A stretch of 64,000 nt of DNA from Macrostomum lignano (lineage: Eukaryota): positions 34,928-98,927 of the forward strand of contig NIVC01001247.1 in the NCBI GenBank assembly GCA_002269645.1, given 5' to 3'. The position numbers and the translations under genes are program-made. The notes beneath the pieces are model-generated. The model saw only the letters and a list, made by a program, of their open reading frames with translations, did not search any database and had not been told where the DNA came from. Each line of letters opens with the position of its first letter. Positions within the stretch are counted from its first letter, which is position 1. Of this stretch, positions 26,586 through 37,466 are shown in pieces.

Positions 26586-26770
26586 GGGGGCTGTAGCGTA
26601 GTGGTGAGAGCGTCGGACTCGCGCCTTAAAGGTCGGGGGTTCGATTCCTGATCCCACTGGAAACAATTTGTGTCCTTGAACAATGCAATTAACTCTGCAT
26701 TGCTGCAGTTCACCCAGCTGTAAAATTGGTGCCAGCATTAGCTGGGGTAATTGAGGGTGTGTGTGGCGAC
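26586..26770 (+). mobile_element. tRNA-derived SINE with CORE-like central segment
   Basis: A box tagcgtagtgg, B box ggttcgattcc, followed by gtgtccttgaacaa...cacccagctgtaaa; no tRNA acceptor stem or oligo-T terminator. Confidence 0.7.
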
Positions 26771-27158
26771 CCCCCTCCCCCGCGTCCTGAGACTTAGACT
26801 GAGTTGTTTACCTTGACAACAAAGATTTAATTGATAGTTAGTGAGTTTTACTTGTTCTATTAATCAAATTTATTCAGATTTTGAACCTGCTGCCCACCAT
26901 AGTCATTATTATAACGATCTCATCTATAATGAAGCTCGTACTACACCCTAATACCTTGTTATTTAAGCCTCCCTTTTGTAAAAGAAATGACTAAATAAAA
27001 ACTATTCTTTCATGCTGCATGTAATGCACTGACTGTATTTGCTATTTTTTCATTATATTGTATTATAGTCGTATCTCTCTACTTCTGCTATTCGGTCTAT
27101 TAATAAATATAAGTTTTTTACAAAGTATTTTTAAAACTGTTTACCTTCCAACTTTCAG

Positions 27159-28310
27159 ATGCGCAGACGCAATGAGCACTTTGGCAGAGCTCGCGATAAT
27201 AGAATACTGACCGGCGGTAGTAGTACTACTAGTAGTAGTAGAAACTATCAGAGCTATTCAACCCAGGCGATACAACAGGCTGCTGCTAGTTTTCGACAGT
27301 CCTGGCTAAATAGCGCCAGTCGTCAGGGCAGTTGGGTCAACCGGGTGCACCATTTGCACCTGTCGAATCCGCCTAGACTTAAAGTGCTTAATCAGACGCC
27401 TTATCCTCATGATTCTCCAATGCGACCTGGTACAGGAAACATGCCACAATGTGACCCTTTTCGAGACATTGATGATAGGCAGGCACAGGTGCTTGATAAA
27501 AGGCATCACTCGGGTGCTAGCCAATCACAGGCCTCCTTGGAATTACGTCAGTTTAGTACCAGCCAATCACAGGCTTCTGTAGAATTACGTCAGTTTAGTA
27601 CCAGCCAATCACAGTCCTCTATGGAATTACGCCAAAATAGTGCCAGCCAATCCCAGGCCTCTGTAGAATTACGCCAAAATAGTGCAATTTCCGCCAGCCA
27701 ATCACAGGCCTCCGTAGAATTACGTGAGAACGCTAGTCAATCACAGGATCGTGAAGAGTTACGTCATTCTGGTGACAGCCACTCGGAAAATTCATCTGAT
27801 TCAGATGTTGAAATTGTCAGTGTATCGCTGCCCAATGTTCAAACTGTTTCTTTTACCGACAACTCTCAAACATCTTCTAAATTGTGCCAGCCAGGTACAA
27901 GCCTTGGAAAGCGATCGGGTCTTTCAGATGCCGATTCTGACGCTAAAATAGCCCAAATTGAAGATAAAACAGACGCTAGTTCCTTCTTGAGCGATGCTGG
28001 CGACGAAACGTCAATCAGTCGCATATTTCAATGCGACATCTGCAATTTATGCCGAACGGGCAGAGATGAAATTCGGCTACACTTGACTGTGAGCGGCCAC
28101 GCCACCGCTAGTGAATGTATTCGTCAGTCGGATGTTGCCACAGTTCAATCGGTGGTGTCGCCTCGGTGTGTTCAAAGACAACCAGTTGCGGCGCAGGGAA
28201 ATCCTGATTTGGAAATTCTGTGTCCCGATTGCGCAATGCCGGTTGGTTGCAGATTCGCGTGCGGTTTGCAATACAGCCTAGAGCATCGCACTGGAAGGTT
28301 AGCTAGCTAA
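27159..28310 (+). CDS. Uncharacterised protein exon with internal 14-aa repeats and C-terminal C2H2-like zinc fingers
   Basis: 383-codon open frame after tttcag|ATG; SQSQASVELRQ repeats; FQCDICNLC...HLTVSGH and LCPDC...H motifs. 3' gene structure unresolved. Confidence 0.6.
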   Translation: MRRRNEHFGRARDNRILTGGSSTTSSSRNYQSYSTQAIQQAAASFRQSWLNSASRQGSWVNRVHHLHLSNPPRLKVLNQTPYPHDSPMRPGTGNMPQCDPFRDIDDRQAQVLDKRHHSGASQSQASLELRQFSTSQSQASVELRQFSTSQSQSSMELRQNSASQSQASVELRQNSAISASQSQASVELRENASQSQDREELRHSGDSHSENSSDSDVEIVSVSLPNVQTVSFTDNSQTSSKLCQPGTSLGKRSGLSDADSDAKIAQIEDKTDASSFLSDAGDETSISRIFQCDICNLCRTGRDEIRLHLTVSGHATASECIRQSDVATVQSVVSPRCVQRQPVAAQGNPDLEILCPDCAMPVGCRFACGLQYSLEHRTGRLAS

Positions 28311-28794
28311 TTTTAAGTTCTCAGTGTGGCATTGTGCACTGCCGAAAGTCAAAGCGGCAGTCGTGGTGTGTCCGAACTTACGAGTATTAACCGCTAAACT
28401 TTTCTGTCCTTTTTTGGTTTATGACTAAAGGTCTACTAGGGAGGGTTTAAAACTCGCTGCAGTATTAACAAAATTCATAAATTAGACTGCATACAATGCG
28501 ACGCAAAGCTGGAGTCTGTCCGCGACCACATTAATTTTGGTCGCCTGTCTTGCTATTCACGACCATGAAGGCAGGGGGGTTTACAGGTCTGACAAGTATA
28601 ATTTTAGGGTGCACAATGATCTATTTCTCCAAATAATTTTCAGTCAGTAGTGCTCTCTAGAAGTACTAGAATCGCTATAGAAAACACTGACCATCACCCT
28701 AGCAATTATTAAGAATCACTCTACCAAACATTTAAATTAGCAACCGTCTACGTAACCGCCTTACGAGCCGCGTAAGGACGTAAAGACTTACTAC

Positions 28795-29421
28795 GTGTTC
28801 ACCGCCTCCCTTTCACAATTGCACAGAGAGATGTGGGCCGCCCGTCCTATTGTTAGTCGCAAACGAGTAGCAGTAAGAGCCAATGAGTACACTTGTCGAG
28901 GACTATGCTGCAAAGGCATCGACGGCGGCCAAACGATTTTATTCGCCAGCTCCTCGGAGCTGCACACGCACTGGCGAAGTCATCCAGTCTGCTGTCCAAT
29001 GTCGGAACTGTTCGCCAATCTGCCATCAATGAAGTTGCTTTTAACAGTCGCTTGTCCTCGTTGTGATCGTCTATTTCTAGCCAGAGTTGAGTCTGGCACA
29101 GACCAGTGCCTAGCTAGTTCAGTTGGACCCTTTGTAGCTGCCATCACTCACTTGACTAACAGGCATCCGGGCGGTTCGTACAATGCTTCATTTCTTGCAA
29201 CTTTATTTGACCTCAACGGCGGTCGCGTATCGCAGCTGCCGCCAGTATCGTTCAACAGAGACGGCAGCGACGCCAATTTCAAAGCCGCGGCTAGAAATTG
29301 GGAATTACAATTGGCGCGTCAGTTGTCGGTTTGTTTAAAGCGCGTTGCGACCAGTCGTCGGTCTCCGTCGTCTAGGAAGCTTCGCCGGCATATCAGCATG
29401 TTGCGTCAGTGTCAGCAATAG
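28795..29421 (+). CDS. Probable downstream exon of the zinc-finger-like gene
   Basis: 208-codon GC-rich frame with C...C...HTHWRSH and CPRC...HLTNRH motifs; same strand as 27159-28310. Splicing between them could not be resolved. Confidence 0.45.
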   Translation: MFTASLSQLHREMWAARPIVSRKRVAVRANEYTCRGLCCKGIDGGQTILFASSSELHTHWRSHPVCCPMSELFANLPSMKLLLTVACPRCDRLFLARVESGTDQCLASSVGPFVAAITHLTNRHPGGSYNASFLATLFDLNGGRVSQLPPVSFNRDGSDANFKAAARNWELQLARQLSVCLKRVATSRRSPSSRKLRRHISMLRQCQQ

Positions 29422-29579
29422 GATGCTTTAATCAATTAGGCAATCGACCCTTAGCAATCTCTATAAGTTTAACCTGATAATCTACAATCGTCAGTTCTAA
29501 GCACACCTTGCTTCAATTGACACCATCTCAATATATATTTATATAACAACATTGCCTTCTTCCAATTGACTACCACCTT

Positions 29580-29730
29580 CAAATTAACCACCTCACTCCA
29601 ATTAACACCCACCTCACTCCAATTAGCACTCACTAACTCAAAGTAACACCCACCTCACACCAATTCACACCCACCTCACTCCACTTAACACCCACCTCAC
29701 TCCAATTAACACCCACCTCCCTTCAATTGA
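29580..29730. repeat. About 21-bp degenerate tandem repeat (ACCCACCTCACTCCAATTAAC)
   Basis: About 6 copies read directly. Confidence 0.75.
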
Positions 29731-30040
29731 CACTGATCCAAGCCGTCACTGCCACGTATGTCAGTTTTAACCAACTGTGTTGAATTATTTCAATTTTCAA
29801 GAAAAAAGTTCGATTCGGATATAATTTTTTGTTGTAAAATTGTACTTTTGTGTCAATAAGAAACAAATATATAGTCGTAAATACGCGCATTTTCTTAGCG
29901 TTTGGATTATAACGTGATTTTTTAACTCATTATGGTATATTTTTCGCTTTAATAGTACATAAAGTGCACTGAAACTAAAGTACAATGCACTTTAGAGTCG
30001 ATGCAAAAAGTACATCTCTGAATCATTTCAGCTCTTCGCC

Positions 30041-31081
30041 ATGGATCCAATTCTGACTCTATCTAATCAACAACCCATGCAGCAGCAGCAGCATCCTAGA
30101 CGGATGAGCGCGCTCAGCTTAACTTCAGCATCCGACATCTCGTCTACCACTATGAATGGCGCCTGTGGCGCGCCAACCTCCGCCGCCTGGCGCTCGCCAG
30201 CGACGCCGCTATCCGCGCCGACGCCGGACGACGAGTTGACCTGCACGCCGGAGGATGTCGCGGCCTCCGCCGCCGCGGTCAGCAACGGAACCCGTCGGCA
30301 GGCATTTAACAGCGACAGTCGTGGACGACGGGTTACTTTTGTCGATTCAACTCCAGTCCGCCTGCCCTATCGTTGCATGCCACCGAAAGAGGAACACAAA
30401 AATGATTTTGTCGACAACAGCGATGGTGACGCGGCAATTGTGACAGTGCCGCCGAGCGGCATGGATTGTGACAGACTGACTGATGAAGCCGCCGCCTCGG
30501 GCACCGCTGTGGCAGCCTCGGTGCTGGCCGCGCCGCAGCGTGGCACCAGCCTCCGACTGCAGCACCGACTGCAGACTCTGCGCTCAGCTGTTGTTGCCGA
30601 AGAAGTCGACGACAACGTCGCTGAGGATCTGAGCGACTTGCCCGTATCCAAGGACGATCCCCGTCTAGCCGAAGCTCGCTCCGCCGCGGTGAATGCGGCA
30701 CCTGGCGAGCAGCTGTTCGTCGGTCTTCGTCGACTCGACCTGTCGGCCGGCAGTGTCGAACGAGTCGCCATTGACGAATCGGCCTGGTCGACTCGACGAC
30801 CGCCGCAGCGGTTTAATAAACCACGATCGACATCGACAGCGGCATCGGCAGCGACGTCGGCACCGCCAGATCCCACTGAGCACTGGCGACCAGAGGAGGC
30901 GGTTGTCGAGCCCGCTGTCGGTTCCGACGATTGCCTGGCCGACACTATCGGTCATCTGCTTCGACCAGGTATGTCGATTTTGCCAGCGTCGACCACAGAG
31001 GGTCTGGCTAGCGTCATGCGTCGTTGGAATGTCAATGGCGGCGGCGGCGGAGGCGTATGGCGTAGAAACTGTCGATACTGA
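30041..31081 (+). CDS. Single-exon 346-aa Ala/Ser-rich orphan protein with RVxF motif
   Basis: GC-rich 1041-bp ORF flanked by AT-rich DNA, gccATGG start context, acceptor-like tcatttcag about 10 nt upstream, GRRVTFVD motif. Confidence 0.7.
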   Translation: MDPILTLSNQQPMQQQQHPRRMSALSLTSASDISSTTMNGACGAPTSAAWRSPATPLSAPTPDDELTCTPEDVAASAAAVSNGTRRQAFNSDSRGRRVTFVDSTPVRLPYRCMPPKEEHKNDFVDNSDGDAAIVTVPPSGMDCDRLTDEAAASGTAVAASVLAAPQRGTSLRLQHRLQTLRSAVVAEEVDDNVAEDLSDLPVSKDDPRLAEARSAAVNAAPGEQLFVGLRRLDLSAGSVERVAIDESAWSTRRPPQRFNKPRSTSTAASAATSAPPDPTEHWRPEEAVVEPAVGSDDCLADTIGHLLRPGMSILPASTTEGLASVMRRWNVNGGGGGGVWRRNCRY

Positions 31082-31279
31082 CTGACCCGTCTTTTAAAAT
31101 GAGAAACTGTTGGCATATTAAAGTGCATTTTCGCCGATTAGATCTCGGGCAGGTTCTCGATGTCCTTTTCCATTTTACTACAAGTAGCTATTAATGATTT
31201 ACGTTATTTGTGCTGATGCATTGACTGCGTTTAATATGTAATTCCTTGTAACTGTACTGAAACCGCTGAGGCTCTACTC

Positions 31280-31650
31280 CGACACTGATTCTTCACTCTT
31301 AGACCTGCTGATTCTTCACTCTTACACCTGCTGATTCTTCACCCTGACACCTGCTGATTCTTCACTGACACCTGCTGATTCTTCACCCTGACACCTGCTG
31401 ATTCTTCACCCTGACACCTGCTGATTCTTCACCCTGACACCTGCTGATTCTTCACTGACACCTGCTGATTCTTCACCCTGACACCTGCTGATTCTTCACC
31501 CTGACACCTAATTCTTCACTCTGACACCTGCTGATTCTTCACCCTGACACCTGCTGATTCTTCACTCTGACACCTGCTGATTCTTCACCCTGACACCTGC
31601 TGATTCTTCACCCTGACACCTGCTGATTCTTCACTCTGGCACCTGCTGAT
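31280..31650. repeat. 23-bp minisatellite (ACACCTGCTGATTCTTCACCCTG)n
   Basis: About 16 units read directly. Confidence 0.92.
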
Positions 31651-33019
31651 TCATCACCAAGACACGTTAATAAATTCTTAACCCTTACACCTGCTGCTTC
31701 TCAACCATGACACCAAACCCAACTCGGTCGTTCTACTGACACCTGCTTATTCGCCATTCATCAATTTCTATGTTCATTAATTAATAAAATGATAACGCTT
31801 TCTGTACTTAAATATATTAATCCGTCCAAGTTAAATTTCTTAACTCTTATCTGCTTTTTATACCATATATTGAATACAAATGCACAATATTTCACATTGA
31901 ATGTACTATTTATTTATTAGTTCAATATCAGCCGCAATATAACTGTTATAGCTCGTATGCGCCTTGGAAATTTTGTCCATTTTTTTGAAAATAAATAAAT
32001 AATATGGGGAAATCAAAAACAGTTTTTTTGTGTGCAGCAGTCAGTGGCACTCACTACCAGCTCATTAAAGGCCAGATCTCTACTGGATGGACGTGTGATG
32101 CGAAACGATTGCGTTTAATAAAATAGCGTATAAATCAAGAGCAACAGTTATTCGCGAGAGCAGCACCCCTCTACCAAGCAAGCAACAAGTATAATAATAT
32201 TTTAAAGAAGATTAAATCACGAAAGAAGTCAAAGAAACAAGTGTCACGAGTACAGTACAGGCGTACTTTAATCTCCTGTTCTTTTCTGGAGAACAATCCG
32301 CAGTGAAGAATGCTCATGCTCAGCCCCACCCCGGTGTTGAAAATACGGAAGCATTGTATCTGTTGAATGCCACGCCTCTACCTGGACATTCCAGCTCGTC
32401 CGCTACTCAAGGTGCTAACCAGACTTGCGACCTTCTCCCGCTGCATCCGGCAGCTACTTTACTCAAGTCAAGTCCTCAAATCGCAAAAGTTTATTTCAGT
32501 CTTACCCATTGTACTTTAAATATGCTTAAATAAAAATGGTAACTATATCCGGGAAAGCTGTAAAGTTTGGTGCAAGACAGATTCAGAATCAAAACGTCGT
32601 CATCATAAACAGTAGAATTAGTTATAAAGAACTAAGGAAATTAAAATTAATTCTAACAAAAAATCAAAACAAAAGTTATAAAAATGTTATCTATATAAGC
32701 ATCGAAATTAGATTATTTTGTTAGCATTTTTGCAACAAGCCAAGAAAAACTGGGGTAAGATTTGGTTAAGGTCTGTCGGATATTTAGTTTAAATAATCAA
32801 ATATGCGCTATAAGCGTTACACAAACTGTTGGCAAATTAGGATTAGAGCATAAATTGTGATTTGATCTCTAAGGCACAAGCTATAATATTATATTTGACA
32901 TTTAATTGTCACTTTAAATTAAGAAAGAAGTGGCAAGAGAACTCGGAACTTTATTGCAAAATTACTACTTATAGTGCGATAAGTCAGTTAAAATCAATAT
33001 CAGAAAAACTTCACAACCG

Positions 33020-34989
33020 CTAGCAGGATCCTTTACGCCGCTGTCTGTGAGTGCTCTCCTTCTTGATGTGCACGTACTCAAAGTAGAGAACATTAGGAAT
33101 TGTACTGCAATCCCTTAGTAACAATTGGTTGCCAATTGGACTGCAAAGTTTCAGTTGGGAGTGGCTTGCGTCAGTTACTGCTGTCACTAATCTCACTCAC
33201 TATCATCTAGTGTCAGCACCCTTAATCTCACTCACTATCTAGTGTCAGTGCCCTTAATCTCACTCACTATCTAGTGTCAGTGCCCTTAATCTCACTCACT
33301 ACCTAGTGTCAGTACACTAAATCTTACTCACTACCTAGTGTCAGTACACTAAATCTTACTCACTACCTAGTGTCAGCACCCTTAATCCAACTCCCTAACT
33401 AGTGTCAGCACCCTTAATCTGACTGACAATCTAGTGTCGGCCCCTAATGTGACTAACTAATCTAACCATCAATCTCTTTACCTGTTAGCCAGCAGTGAGA
33501 AATAGTTGCTCAGGTGCCAATGCACCAGAAGGAACCAGGCCAAACCAGCTAAAACACCCAGTAGTGAGCCGCAACCAACCTGGGACCAGGTGTGATAACC
33601 GAGGTATACCCTACAAAACGGATGAATCAACAGAGGTTTGCTATTTATTCATATTCAAACAAGGTTTTCCTACTTTCAAGTTTTTCTTGAAAGCCAATTT
33701 ATCACAGCTCAATATAGAATAATATTCATCTCGATCACCTGCTAAAAGCAACCCCGCCGCCAATGCCAACAAGACAGCAGCAAAGGATGTATTTCCACAG
33801 ATCTTCTAGTAAACTGGCGTTGCGATACAAACGAAGCAGTACAAACAGGCACAGGTAGGTAACTATGAACGATGTGGCTTGCGCGTGATCGGATGGCATT
33901 CCATAGGATGACAGTTTGTATCGACCTGCATCAATGTTCATATGCATAGTGACTATATTGTTTCATAAATTGAAATCTTTATTATACTACTTCTCAGGAT
34001 TGTTATAAGTAGCAAAGATTACTGGACAGGGTGTACTAATATTTATTTAAAAGAAGACAGGAATGGACCGAAGGGTGCTAGCTGTGCACTTAACTAAGGA
34101 CAGGAATTATTATTTTTTATTAGAAGCAGGGGGGTTGTGTGCACCCTGGCGCACTTTAAGCGACATAGGCACACAACCGGCGAGAGGCATTACTGCCCAT
34201 TCCGCCGACTCCCCTGAGCAGGCATACAAGCGCGCGGATACGTACGCAGGCGCACACTCACACAGGAGTGTACAGTGGCCCTAACTTTATTTTATCGTTA
34301 GGCATGTACACTTCACTGCGCCTTGGGGGGTTGGCTCTCAAGGCCGTTAATTGCACGAGCAGAGCCAAGCCGAGATTCCAATTCAGCCCCAAATTAATGT
34401 GACTGCACTTGGAATCGAGCCTGGGTTGCTGGCACACCAGAGCAGCTGCGCTACCGCTGGGCTACGGCCCCCCTCCAAGGACAGGAAGGGGTGTTAGTGA
34501 TGCTATACAAGTGCTTTAATTGACAATCTCCTGAACCAATTGTAAAATATATGGTCATTCAGCTTACCAGGATCCATCACAGGTCTTGGATGTTTTAAAT
34601 ATTTTTTAATAATCAAATTAATTCCTTCATTAAGAAATATACCAGCTAAGAATGTAATCTAAAAATGGTAGAATTAAAAAGAATATATTATCATTCTATT
34701 TACAATATAATGTATTATATTAAATAAACATTTGAAGAAAGCTCACTGTGTGCAAATCTCTTCGTAACAGCACAATTGATAGACAGCCAATGATGAAAAA
34801 GATAGGAAAGAAGCTCAACCAAGCCAGTGCTAGGCCAAGATGATCACCTGAAGAAATGAATAAATGTAGTTTTACTTTAAAAACAAAGATTTTATGCTAT
34901 TCAAAATATTTTCGACAAACAATAAACTTACCAACTGGATATTCAACTAGCAATAAAGTAACTGGTTTCCAAGTGTGCTCAATTGTCAT
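33020..34989 (-). CDS. DOLPP1: Dolichyldiphosphatase 1 (228 aa, 6 exons)
   Basis: Exons (-): 34989-34932, 34847-34747, 34658-34568, 33925-33739, 33610-33482, 33140-33020; phases consistent, 687 nt. PAP2 motifs KKYLKHPRP, YGMPSDHAQ, SRVYLGYHTWSQV; N-terminal WKPVTLLLVEYP; C-terminal LRDCSTIPNVLYFEY. Confidence 0.94.
33195..33450. repeat. 32-bp minisatellite in the last DOLPP1 intron
   Basis: ctcactcactatctagtgtcagtgcccttaat, about 7-8 copies. Confidence 0.85.
34107..34476 (-). mobile_element. Full-length tRNA-derived SINE with 11-bp TSD in a DOLPP1 intron
   Basis: Minus strand starts GGGGCCGTAGCCCAGCGG (A box) ... GGCTCGATTCC (B box) and ends in an A-rich tail; AAGGACAGGAA direct repeats at 34096-34106 and 34477-34487. 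Confidence 0.8.
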
Positions 34990-35141
34990 GTTGAGGTAAT
35001 TGAATAATTTATTTATAATGAGACTCCTGAATAAGTAAATAGTCTAGAACTTCCTGGTTAATAATAATAGAAATCAATTAAAATGCATTGATCATTGATT
35101 TCAGAATATCTGAAATGAAATTTATTGAATACAATAATATT

Positions 35142-35290
35142 CATACATGCGCAACTGCTGGCCGACCTGGCTGATCCGGCCACCATAAATTGTGGCTGAC
35201 CAGGGATAAGTTGCAAAATTGAGTCGACCAAAAACAGAAAAACACAAGAACCAAGAAAGAAAGGCAAGAGTCAAAGGTTGCACATGTATG
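35142..35290. mobile_element. Short derivative of the CATACATGCGCAAC MITE, about 150 bp upstream of the DOLPP1 ATG
   Basis: catacatgcgcaac ... gttgcacatgtatg termini. Confidence 0.7.
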
Positions 35291-35699
35291 AAATATTTAT
35301 TAAACTTATTTGTTGTATAGAAAAAATACAATATTTTAACATAAAAAATATAAAATACTAATAAAATTGCACAAAAAATTTTAGAGTATATTAAACCTAT
35401 GGTGCACTACTATATTGGCTGTTAGATATCTTATTCTATTTAGCAGCCTCCTTTGCCCTTGCTCTTAAGCTATTATCTACCAGAGGATATAGGTCTCCTT
35501 TTTGTCTGCTTGCCCTATATAGACATACATGCGCAACAGTTGGCCGAGTCGGCTGACCAATTTGGCAGCCAACCAAGAGAGGTCACAAAAATGCACACCC
35601 AAATTAATACCAAAGTAGTACTAAGTAGATGACGAGGCATTTTGCCTTAATAAGACAGTCATAGTTACTCTTGCCGTTTACCCAAAGTTACTTTAATTT

Positions 35700-35915
35700 T
35701 GCGGTAGAGAAGCACTTTTAACAGATAATAGTAAGACATAGATAATAGTAAAAATAGTAAGACAAATAGTAAGACAAAATGAGCATAAACTTAACATTCT
35801 TGAAGCTCTGCACATTAAGTTACACAAACCCAGTCTCAATGTCCAACTATCTGGAGGAGGTGCGAGTGAACAGCTGTTGGTGTTCTAAGCTAGAGTACAT
35901 TTGGGGCGCATACAC

Positions 35916-35980
<65 letters not shown>

Positions 35981-36185
35981 CTCTGTCCTGTCATTCCACA
36001 AAAAATATTATGAACATTGCTATACTGTACATTGATCCTTTAGTCCTTTTATATCTTTTCAATACCTGATTTTGTCGTCTACACAGTATTTAATAGGTTG
36101 AAATAAATTCTGTTCGATAGTGCCTGAAGATGGCTAGTTTTAGCCGAAACGCGTCGCAAATAATATTGAGTTTTGTCTTACTTTA
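35700..36185 (+). mobile_element. Penelope-like retroelement 3' remnant (GIY-YIG endonuclease C-terminus, (TC)n, hammerhead)
   Basis: Frame from about 35784 reads HKLNILEALHIKLHKPSLNVQLSGGGASEQLLVF*, typical of PLE endonuclease ends; followed by (TC)n at about 35920-35977 and CCTGAAGATG...CCGAAACGCGTCG. Confidence 0.72.
36119..36160 (+). ncRNA. Minimal type-I hammerhead ribozyme motif (PLE-associated)
   Basis: CTGAAGA (36124-36130), T, stem II GGCTA-gttt-TAGCC, GAAA, palindromic ACGCGT stem III, cleavage triplet GTC (36153-36155), short stem I tgc/gca. Confidence 0.72.
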
Positions 36186-36377
36186 ATTTTGCTTTAGGGC
36201 TTCTTTTACATGTAAGTTGCATTTTTGTTAAAACTAAGTTGCACAGCCAACCAAAATTTGGAAGTTGCACATGTATGTGTGTAGAGCTTATATTCAACCC
36301 CATCTAACTGGTTATATGTTGTCTGCTCTTTGTCTACCCTATCTCTTTGTTTTCAGTTCAGCTACTATGCATCTTTA

Positions 36378-36530
36378 CCTAGGGGGGCATAGCCAGGCGG
36401 GGACATTGGGGACTTGTCCTCCCTAGAAAGGGGAAGGGGAGGATTTTCTACTGCCTTTTGCTTTGATCACTTTCATTGGAGATGTATTTATGTCTTTGTC
36501 CCCCCCTTGGTATGAATCCTGGATATGTGC
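36378..36530. mobile_element. Degenerate small MITE with AGGGGCATAGCCAGG / CCTGGATATGTGCCT termini
   Basis: Imperfect inverted termini resembling CAGGGGCGTAGCCAGG-type hAT MITEs. Confidence 0.45.
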
Positions 36531-37009
36531 CTATCTTTATGTATGCCTTTATGGCCTGCTTTCAGTTTGCTATTTGCTTAACAATCAGCAGTTTCTGCCT
36601 AAGAAGTTAAGTTTTCTTACAAATAATTTGCTAGATATCTCAACTACAAGGATTTGACTCACTTTGGCTAGCCACCTGCCTTTGATAGAGGCCCTGCACC
36701 ACTAGTTGCAGTTGCATCTAGATTCTAATTTTTAGGATTTGAAAAAGGCAACTAGACATAGTGAGAATACTATCATTTGTTATCTGTAATGGTTGGAAAC
36801 AATTGTTGATTGTCTTCTGGGACTAGCAAGGCCTACTATTTTAGGAGTTGCTCCCTTGCCACTAGACAATGAATGCCAATAGTTACACATTAGTTTTGCA
36901 AGCTTGGCAATGCAATGAAGAAGAATCATCCAAAAAAAGCATAGTAACTATTCCCTTTATTCAGTTAATCTTAGTGATGCTTAAGGACTAGATAATTGAA
37001 TACCTATAT

Positions 37010-37466
37010 CAGGGGTTGGCAAACTCTGGCTTGCAAACTACATGCAGTCCACAAAGCATTTTATCTAGCCATTTGGGTCCTTTGAAACTTCACAATAGCA
37101 ATCTAGCTTGCTCAAGGTTTGTGTCTTTTCTTAGCTCTTTTCTTTAATCTTTCTCTTCTCATTTCCCCACTTTTCTTTTCTTCTCTTCTCCTTTCCTTTC
37201 TTGTCCTTTTTTCTTTTCCCTTTTCTTCTCATCTTTTCTCTTCTTTTTATCTCTCCTCTTTTCTTATCTATCTTCTCCACTCTTTTCTTACTTCTCTCTT
37301 GTCTTATTTTATTGCAACTTTTCTCTCTCTCCTATTTGATCTCTCTTCCCTCTTAACTCTTTTCTTCTCTTTTCTTTATTTTTTATTTTCTTTCCTCTTT
37401 TGGCTTATAGTCATATGCTATAGGTTCTCTATTTGATCCTTGAGATAGAAAGTTTGTTAACCCTTT
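37010..37466. mobile_element. Degenerate hAT MITE with CT-rich interior
   Basis: caggggttggcaaact ... aagtttgttaacccttt termini; pyrimidine tract at 37120-37400. Confidence 0.5.

Larger units (their letters stand above)
35524..36277 (-). mobile_element. CATACATGCGCAAC MITE interrupted by a Penelope-like fragment
   Basis: TIRs at 35524 and 36264-36277; flanks tatataga / tgtgtaga (degenerate 8-bp TSD); MITE interior is split around 35700-36185. Confidence 0.75.

Noticed and set aside
26586-26660. Possible tRNA gene
   Set aside because: A and B boxes are present but there is no closing acceptor stem or oligo-T terminator; it continues into a SINE-type body.
30067-31085. Multiple overlapping ORFs on both strands over the 30041-31081 gene
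   Set aside because: Expected shadow ORFs in GC-rich coding sequence.
32303-32533. 76-aa ORF in a moderately GC-rich patch
   Set aside because: No recognisable motif in any frame that I translated and no convincing splice context.
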